DNA of 64,000 nt, taken from Eledone cirrhosa (taxonomy: Eukaryota). Shown one piece after another: positions 56,290 to 64,000 of this stretch; position 1 is the stretch's first letter, and each line of letters starts with the position of its first letter. Location: positions 22,010,001 to 22,074,000 of the forward strand of contig OZ024760.1 in assembly GCA_964016885.1 (NCBI GenBank). The letters run 5' to 3'. The notes beneath the pieces are model-generated. The model had not been told where the DNA came from. It did no database searches and saw nothing but the letters and a program-made list of their open reading frames with translations. A program made the position numbers and the translations under genes.

Positions 56290-59200
56290 AGAGTCAGGGG
56301 TATTATGCTAGGGTGGTGTGAGAGAGGTAGGCAGGGGTATTATGCTAGGGTGGTGTGAGAGAGGTAGGCAGGGGTATTATGCTAGGATGGTGTGAGAGAG
56401 GTAGCAGGGGTATTATGCTAGGGTGGTGTGAGAGAGGTAGGCAGGGGTATTATGCTAGGGTGGTGTGAGAGAGGTAGGCAGGGGTATTATGCTAGGGTGG
56501 TGTGAGAGAGGTAGGCAGGGGTATTATGCTAGGGTGGTGTGAGAGAGGTAGGTAGGGGTATTATGCTAGGGTGGTGTGAGAGGTAGGTAGGGGTATTATG
56601 CTAGGGTGGTGTGAGAGAGGTAGGCAGGGGTATTATGCTAGGGTGGTGTGAGAGAGGTAGGCAGGGTATTATGCTAGGATGGTGTGAGAGAGGTAGGCAG
56701 GGGTATTATGCTAGGGTGGTGTGAGAGAGGTAGGCAGGGGTATTATGCTAGGGTGGTGTGAGAGAGGTAGGCAGGGGTATTATGCTAGGGTGGTGTGAGA
56801 GAGGTAGGCAGGGGTATTATGCTAGGGTGGTGTGAGAGAGGTAGGCAGGGGTATTATGCTAGGGTGGTGTGAGAGAGGTAGGTAGGGGTATTATGCTAGG
56901 GTGGTGTGAGAGAGGTAGGCAGGGTATTATGCTAGGATGGTGTGAGAGAGGTAGGCAGGGGTATTATGCTAGGGTGGTGTGAGAGAGGTAGGCAGGGGTA
57001 TTATGCTAGGGTGGTGTGAGAGAGGTAGGCAGGGGTATTATGCTAGGGTGGTGTGAGAGAGGTAGGCAGGGGTATTATGCTAGGGTGGTGAGAGAGACGT
57101 AGGCAGGGGTATTATGCTAGGGTGGTGTGAGAGAGGTAGGCAGGGGTATTATGCTAGGGTGGTGTGAGAGAGGTAGGCAGGGGTATTATGCTAGGGTGGT
57201 GTGAGAGAGGTAGGCAGGGGTATTATGCTAGGGTGGTGAGAGAGAGGTAGGCAGGGGTATTATGCTAGGGTGGTGTGAGAGAGGTAGGCAGGGGTATTAT
57301 GCTAGGATGGTGTGAGAGAGGTAGGCAGGGGTATTATGCTAGGATGGTGTGAGAGAGGTAGGCAGGGGTATTATGCTAGGATGGTGTGAGAGAGGTAGCA
57401 GGGGTATTATGCTAGGGTGGTGTGAGAGAGGTAGGCAGGGGTATTATGCTAGGGTGGTGTGAGAGAGGTAGGCAGAGGTATTATGCTAGGGTGGTGTGAG
57501 AGAGGTAGCAGGGGTATTATGCTAGGGTGGTGTGAGAGAGGTAGGCAGGTGTATTATGCTAGGGTGGTGTGTGAGAGGTAGGCAGGGGTATTATGCTAGG
57601 GTGGTGTGAGAGAGGTAGGCAGGGGTATTATGCTAGGTTGGTGTGAGAGAGGTAGGCAGGGGTATTATGCTAGGGTGGTGTGAGAGAGGTAGACAGGGTA
57701 TTATGCTAGGATGGTGTGAGAGAGGTAGGCAGGGGTATTATGCTAGGTTGGTGTGAGAGAGGTAGGTAGGGGTATTATGCTAGGGTGGTGTGAGAGGTAG
57801 TCAGGGGTATTATGCTAGGATGGTGTGAGAGAGGTAGGCAGGGGTATTATGCTAGGATGGTGTGAAAGAGGTAGGTAGAGGTATTATGCTAGGGTGGTGT
57901 GAGAGAGGTAGTCAGGGGTATTATGCTAGGATGGTGTGAGAGAGGTAGGCAGGGGTATTATGCTAGGGTGGTGTGAGAGGTAGGCAGGGGTATTATGCTA
58001 GGGTGGTGTGAGAGAGGTAGGCAGGGGTATTATGCTAGGATGGTGTGAGAGAGGTAGGCAGGGGTATTATGCTAGGATGGTGTGAGAGAGCTAGGCAGGG
58101 GTATTATGCTAGGATGGTGTGAGAGAGCTAGGCAGGGGTATTATGCTAGGATGGTGTGAGAGAGGTAGGCAGGGGTATTATGCTAGGGTGGTGTGAGAGA
58201 GGTAGGCAGGGGTATTATGCTAGAGTGGTGTGAGAGAGGTAGGCAGGGGTATTATGCTAGGGTGGTGTGAGAGAGGTAGGCAGGGGTATTATGCTAGGAT
58301 GGTGTGAGAGAGGTAGGTAGGGGTATTATGCTAGGATGGTGTGAGAGAGGTAGGCAGGGTATTATGCTAGGGTGGTGTGAGAGAGGTAGGCAGGGTATTA
58401 TGCTAGGGTGGTGTGAGAGAGGTAGGCAGGGGTATTATGCTAGGATGGTGTGAGAGAGGTAGGCAGGGGTATTATGCTAGGGTGGTGTGAGAGAGGTAGG
58501 CAGGGGTATTATGCTAGGGTGGTGTGAGAGAGGTAGGCAGGGTATTATGCTAGGGTGGTGTGAGAGAGGTAGGCAGGGGTATTATGCTAGGGTGGTGTGA
58601 GAGAGGTAGGCAGGGTATTATGCTAGGGTGGTGTGAGAGAGGTAGGCAGGGGTATTATGCTAGGGTGGTGTGAGAGAGGTAGGCAGGGGTATTATGCTAG
58701 GGTGGTGTGAGAGAGGTAGGCAGGGGTATTATGCTAGGATGGTGTGAGAGAGGTAGGCAGGGGTATTATGCTAGGGTGGTGTGAGAGAGGTAGGCAGGGT
58801 ATTATGCTAGGGTGGTGTGAGAGAGGTAGGCAGGGGTATTATGCTAGGGTGGTGTGAGAGAGGTAGGCAGGGTATTATGCTAGGGTGGTGTGAGAGAGGT
58901 AGGCAGGGGTATTATGCTAGGGTGGTGTGAGAGAGGTAGGCAGGGGTATTATGCTAGGGTGGTGTGAGAGAGGTAGGCAGGGGTATTATGCTAGGGTGGT
59001 GTGAGAGGTAGGCAGGGGTGTTATGCTAGGGTGGTGTGAGAGAGGTAGGCAGGGGTATTATGCTAGGATGGTGTGAGAGAGGTAGGCAGGGGTATTATGC
59101 TAGGGTGGTGTGAGAGAGGTAGGCAGGGTATTATGCTAGGGTGGTGTGAGAGAGGTAGGCAGGGGTATTATGCTAGGGTGGTGTGAGAGAGGTAGGCAGG

Positions 59201-60545
59201 GGTATTATGCTAGGATGGTGTGAGAGAGGTAGGCAGGGGTATTATGCTAGGATGGTGTGAGAGAGGTAGGCAGGGGTATTATGCTAGGATGGTGTGAGAG
59301 AGGTAGGCAGGGTATTATGCTAGGGTGGTGTGAGAGAGGTAGGTAGGGGTATTATGCTAGGATGGTGTGAGAGAGCTAGGCAGGGGTATTATGCTAGGAT
59401 GGTGTGAGAGAGCTAGGCAGGGGTATTATGCTAGGATGGTGTGAGAGAGGTAGGCAGGGGTATTATGCTAGGATGGTGTGAGAGAGCTAGGCAGGGGTAT
59501 TATGCTAGGATGGTGTGAGAGAGGTAGGCAGGGGTATTATGCTAGGGTGGTGTGAGAGGTAGGCAGGGGTATTATGCTAGGGTGGTGTGAGAGAGGTAGG
59601 CAGGGGTATTATGCTAGGATGGTGTGAGAGAGGTAGGCAGGGGTATTATGCTAGGGTGGTGTGAGAGAGGTAGGCAGGGTATTATGCTAGGATGGTGTGA
59701 GAGAGGTAGGCAGGGGTATTATGCTAGGGTGGTGTGAGAGAGGTAGGCAGGGGTATTATGCTAGGGTGGTGAGAGAGAGGTAGGCAGGGGTATTATGCTA
59801 GGGTGGTGTGAGAGAGGTAGGCAGGGGTATTATGCTAGGGTGGTGTGAGAGAGGTAGGCAGGGGTATTATGCTAGGGTGGTGTGAGAGAGGTAGGCAGGG
59901 GTATTATGCTAGGATGGTGTGAGAGAGGTAGGCAGGGGTATTATGCTAGGGTGGTGTGAGAGAGGTAGGCAGGGGTATTATGCTAGGGTGGTGTGAGAGA
60001 GGTAGACAGGGGTATTATGCTAGGGTGGTGTGAGAGAGGTAGGTAGGGGTATTATGCTAGGGTGGTGAGAGAGAGGTAGGCAGGGGTATTATGCTAGGGT
60101 GGTGTGAGAGAGGTAGACAGGGGTATTATGCTAGGATGGTGTGAGAGAGGTAGGCAGGGGTATTATGCTAGGGTGGTGAGAGAGAGGTAGGCAGGGGTAT
60201 TATGCTAGGATGGTGTGAGAGAGGTAGGCAGGGGTATTATGCTAGGATGGTGTGAGAGAGGTAGACAGGGGTATTATGCTAGGATGGTGTGAGAGAGGTA
60301 GGCAGGGGTATTATGCTAGGGTGGTGAGAGAGAGGTAGGCAGGGGTATTATGCTAGGATGGTGTGAGAGAGGTAGGCAGGGTATTATGCTAGGGTGGTGT
60401 GAGAGAGGTAGGCAGGGTATTATGCTAGGGTGGTGTGAGAGAGGTAGGCAGGGTATTATGCTAGGGTGGTGTGAGAGAGGTAGGCAGGGGTATTATGCTA
60501 GGGTGGTGTGAGAGAGGTAGGCAGGGTATTATGCTAGGGTGGTGA
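56290..60545. repeat. 37-bp G-rich minisatellite, ~115 copies (GGGGTATTATGCTAGGGTGGTGTGAGAGAGGTAGGCA)
   Basis: 37-bp period, with 35-36-bp variant units. Confidence 0.97.
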
Positions 60546-60671
60546 ATGAGTGCTAATGTTAGTGTTAGTGTTATCTGGTCAAGAAGCAATGTTTGTCAAT
60601 AATTATTGGAAAATATGGAATTCGAAGAATCTGGTTATATTTACAAATAAATGTATAATATTGTATATTAT

Positions 60672-61722
60672 GTATAGCCTCTTAAAGTTCTATCTGACTA
60701 TCTATCTATCCCCGGCATGTGTCTTTGTTTTGTCCCCTTTTCATGTGCGCCCTTGTGGCTAATAAAGAAATCTATCTATCCATCTATTTATCTATCTATT
60801 TATTTTTATATAGTTTATTGCTATTTCTCATTGTTAAAGATTTTATGTAAAACCCCCGCGGCCACGTCTTGTAATGTCCAATTTTTGTACGCCCCTGTGG
60901 CAAATAAAGAAAGATATTTATTTATCTATCTATCTATCCATATATATATATCCATCTATCTGTGTCTTCCTATCTATTTCTTTATGTAGATCTCTATCTA
61001 GTTTATTAATGTTAAAGTTTGTACGATTTTTATGTAAAACCCCCGCCGTCACATCTTGTAATGTCCCATTTTTGTATGCCCCTGTGGCAAATAAAGAAAG
61101 ATATCTATTTATCTCTTTCTCTCCAGATCTATCTATCTATAGCACCCTCTCTCTGTGCTCCTGAGGAGAAGGGTTGCACACTTTTTCGGGGGTGTGTGCG
61201 ACCCCCCAAGGCGCCTCCTCCCTATTGAGGATTTTGTTATTCAATTTATTTTTGTTATATTTTATATTTTTATATTTTGTTATTGCCTCCTCCTTATTGA
61301 GGACGCCTTTTTATGTACCCCCCCCCCATTGTACTTGTCCCACTCTTTGACGCCCTGGTGGCAAATAAAAAGAAAGTTATCTATCTCTATATATGTTTAT
61401 CTGTTTATCAATCCATCTATACATCCATCCATTTATCTATCTATCTATATAAACCTGTAGGTTGAGGAAGATAAACAGAGGGAAGACGGGAACACCCACA
61501 AAACGTGTTCCTGGTGTTGAGGGTTGTTCTATCCACGGGGTGTAAAAAAAACCCCCGCAGTAGTGTTACCCCGCCCCCCTAATGGGGATTTCAATTGTTT
61601 TATTTTTATATAGTTTATTGTTATTTATCATTGTTAAAGTTATCTTTATGTAAAACCCCCGCCGTCAAGTCTTGTAATGTCCCATTTTTGTATGCCCCTG
61701 TGGCAAATAAATAAAGATATCT
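60672..61722 (+). mobile_element. Stack of five 5'-truncated Tx1-like 3' ends in (TATC)n
   Basis: GCCC.TGTGGC.AATAAA ends at about 60766, 60908, 61095, 61368 and 61711, each followed by TATC repeats. Confidence 0.75.
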
Positions 61723-62175
61723 ATCTATCTATCTATCTACCTCTACATCCATCTCTCCATCTATCTATCTACCTATCTATCCATCTATCTATCTGTCTAT
61801 CTATCTATCTCTCCATCTATCAATCTATCTCTACATCCATCTATCTCTTCATCATAACCACATGCACGCGCCCATACACACCCTACATGTATGCAGGCAC
61901 GCTGACACCTATACATGTATGTATGCACACCCAGATTAATCCTCTCCAAACAATGCGTGTTATCGATCTGTTGGTGCGCATGCGCATCTGTGTCTGTGTC
62001 AGTATGTTTCTATGTTACATCATTTCATCTGGGGCAAGTGTCCATACATTTTACTATGTATGTCAGTGTGTGTGCGTGTGCGTATATATATAACATGTAT
62101 ATATACATACATACATATATACATACATGTATCCAAATATATATATATTTAATATATAAATGACTATATATGTAT

Positions 62176-62209
<34 letters not shown>

Positions 62210-62320
62210 TACTTTTTAATTTCTTAATTTTTGAATTTTTTAATTTTTAAAAATCTTATTAATTCTTTTTAATTTTATATTATATTATTTTATTATCTTT
62301 TATTATTTTATTATTTTTAT

Positions 62321-62487
62321 AGGGCGGTGGATTGGCAGTATCGCATAGAGTTACGGCCCTTGCCATTCTGAGTTCAAATCCCGCCGAGGTTAACTTTGCC
62401 TTTCATCCTTACGGGGTCGATAAAATAAAGTACCAGTAATACACTGATTTAATTGCTGGCCTTGTGCCAAAAGTAGAAACAATTATT
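62321..62487 (+). mobile_element. SINE family A inside an AT-rich (TTA/TTTTA)n tract
   Basis: B box, central domain and tail. Confidence 0.85.
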
Positions 62488-62841
62488 TTATTATTTTTCA
62501 TTATATTTTATTAATTTTTTAAAATTATTTTACTTTATTTTATTTTATTTTATTATCTTTATTATTTTTATATTTTTTATTACTTTATTATAATTTTTAT
62601 TATGTTATAACCTTTGTCTGTATTTTTTAATGTATTTTTTGATGCTTTTGCATTCTTTGTTTTTGTTTGCCATCTATTATATCTGCATCTTGTTGAATCC
62701 GCTTATGACCTGGTATTTAGCAGCGATGCTTAACAAACCCAGCATCCACCTCTTTGTTCGTCATCTCCAATCTCCCTATCTTTATTCTGATTATTCGGGT
62801 GACTAGGTTTTTGTGGATCTTATACTCAACACTGTATTTAT

Positions 62842-62896
62842 TAGGCTCTGAGGAATCCTGCCAAAAGGTGAGGATGAAACATTGTATGTAAATAAA
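62842..62896 (+). ncRNA. Hammerhead-like motif with intact core and stem II; stem I decayed
   Basis: CUGAGGA 62848-62854, AUCCU-GCC AAAA GGU-G-AGGAU stem II, GAAA 62876-62879, CAUUG-UA, then AAUAAA. Confidence 0.5.
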
Positions 62897-62932
62897 GACT
62901 GTTTGAGTATGTAAGCGTTTTTGGGTTTCTTT

Positions 62933-62971
<39 letters not shown>

Positions 62972-63630
62972 TAATAAATGAACAAGAACAAAAACAGAGA
63001 GGCAGTACACATGACATTAGTTTCACGCTTGAGAGTGCAGAGAGAGACATACATACACACACACACACATATATATATAGATACACAGTATATGCAAACT
63101 TTTATATAAAGTATATGATATCTCATGTACATAGTGTAAATTATATTGTATATATAATATATATTAATTTTTATATATTAGTATACATTGTATATAAAAC
63201 ATATACTATCTTTTATATATAGTATACATTTATACATTGTATATAAAACATATACTATCTTTTATATATAGTATATATCATTTGTATATATTCTGTGTTA
63301 ACTTCTATATATGATATATATTTACTATTTACAGTATGCATTGTGTTAAAAGCATACAAAATACGTTTTAACACTTATACATTGTATACATAACTTGTGT
63401 ATATAATATATACTAACATTTATTCATATTATATATTAATTTTTTTTTATATATAGTATATAATATAAAAAAATAAACCTGTAGAACTCCCTCGTAATGG
63501 AGTATGACTTGATAGTATGTATCAAGCTTTCAATAAGGGGGGCTTTGATATCGACGAAGTCATGGACAGAGAGAGAAAACCTCTCGTCGGGACCCCTTCC
63601 GTTGAACCAGTAGAACATCCAGGATTTTAC

Positions 63631-63782
63631 CAGTGCCGAATTTAGGACAAATGAGACCCTGTGCTAGTTAAGTTATGAGCCCTGATGGAGGTAAAACAAT
63701 TTTTGGGCAAAAATATACCTCTTCCCCTGGCCGACGGGGTCCTGTGCTTAAGCACATCTAAACAATGGTAAATCCGGTACCG
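63631..63782. mobile_element. hAT-like MITE
   Basis: TIRs CAGTGCCGAATTTA and TAAATCCGGTACCG (11/14). 8-bp flanks GATTTTAC and GATGTGAC (6/8). The 3' part recurs at 29885-29932. Confidence 0.6.
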
Positions 63783-63927
63783 GATGTGACCAACTGGAAA
63801 GAGAGTGAGGGTTGTACCAGTAATGTACTGGTACTATTTTATCATTGAACCTGAAAGTGTGTAAGGCAATGTGGTGGACTTACGTGGCTTTGAACCTAGA
63901 ACGTTGAGACTCGGAAGAATTACACTG

Positions 63928-64000
63928 TTAACCCTTTAACATTCAAAGTGGCCATATCCGGCTGCTCACACTTATGTTAAGGTATTGTTCTCAAAATAAA
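63928..64000 (+). mobile_element. piggyBac-like MITE 5' end, running off the window
   Basis: TTAA-CCCTTTAACATT..GGCCATATCCGGC, homologous to 38658. Confidence 0.5.

Noticed and set aside
56290-60545. Telomeric repeat
   Set aside because: The unit is 37 bp with a single CTAGGG and no (TTAGGG)n runs.

Overview
AT-rich, microsatellite-saturated eukaryotic non-coding DNA, most likely an octopus (coleoid cephalopod) intron or intergenic region; this is inferred from the SINE families and the density of (TA)n/(CA)n/(TATG)n/(TATC)n tracts. No intact protein-coding gene is supportable. Almost all long ORFs in the track are translations of simple or tandem repeats. The window holds many tRNA-derived SINEs, decayed RTE and Tx1 LINE ends, small DNA-transposon relics and four large tandem arrays (112, 36, 105 and 37 bp units), two of which grew from SINE sub-domains. 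The most striking hidden structure is a set of short non-coding fold-back elements embedded in (TA)n tracts. Several carry minimal type I hammerhead-ribozyme motifs (CUGANGA-stem II-GAAA-palindrome-UH), with a complete one at 55609-55648 on the minus strand. This is typical of Penelope-like element termini. Several otherwise unalignable families also share a bulged 3' hairpin, ACUC-[UAC..GUA]-UU-GAGU.
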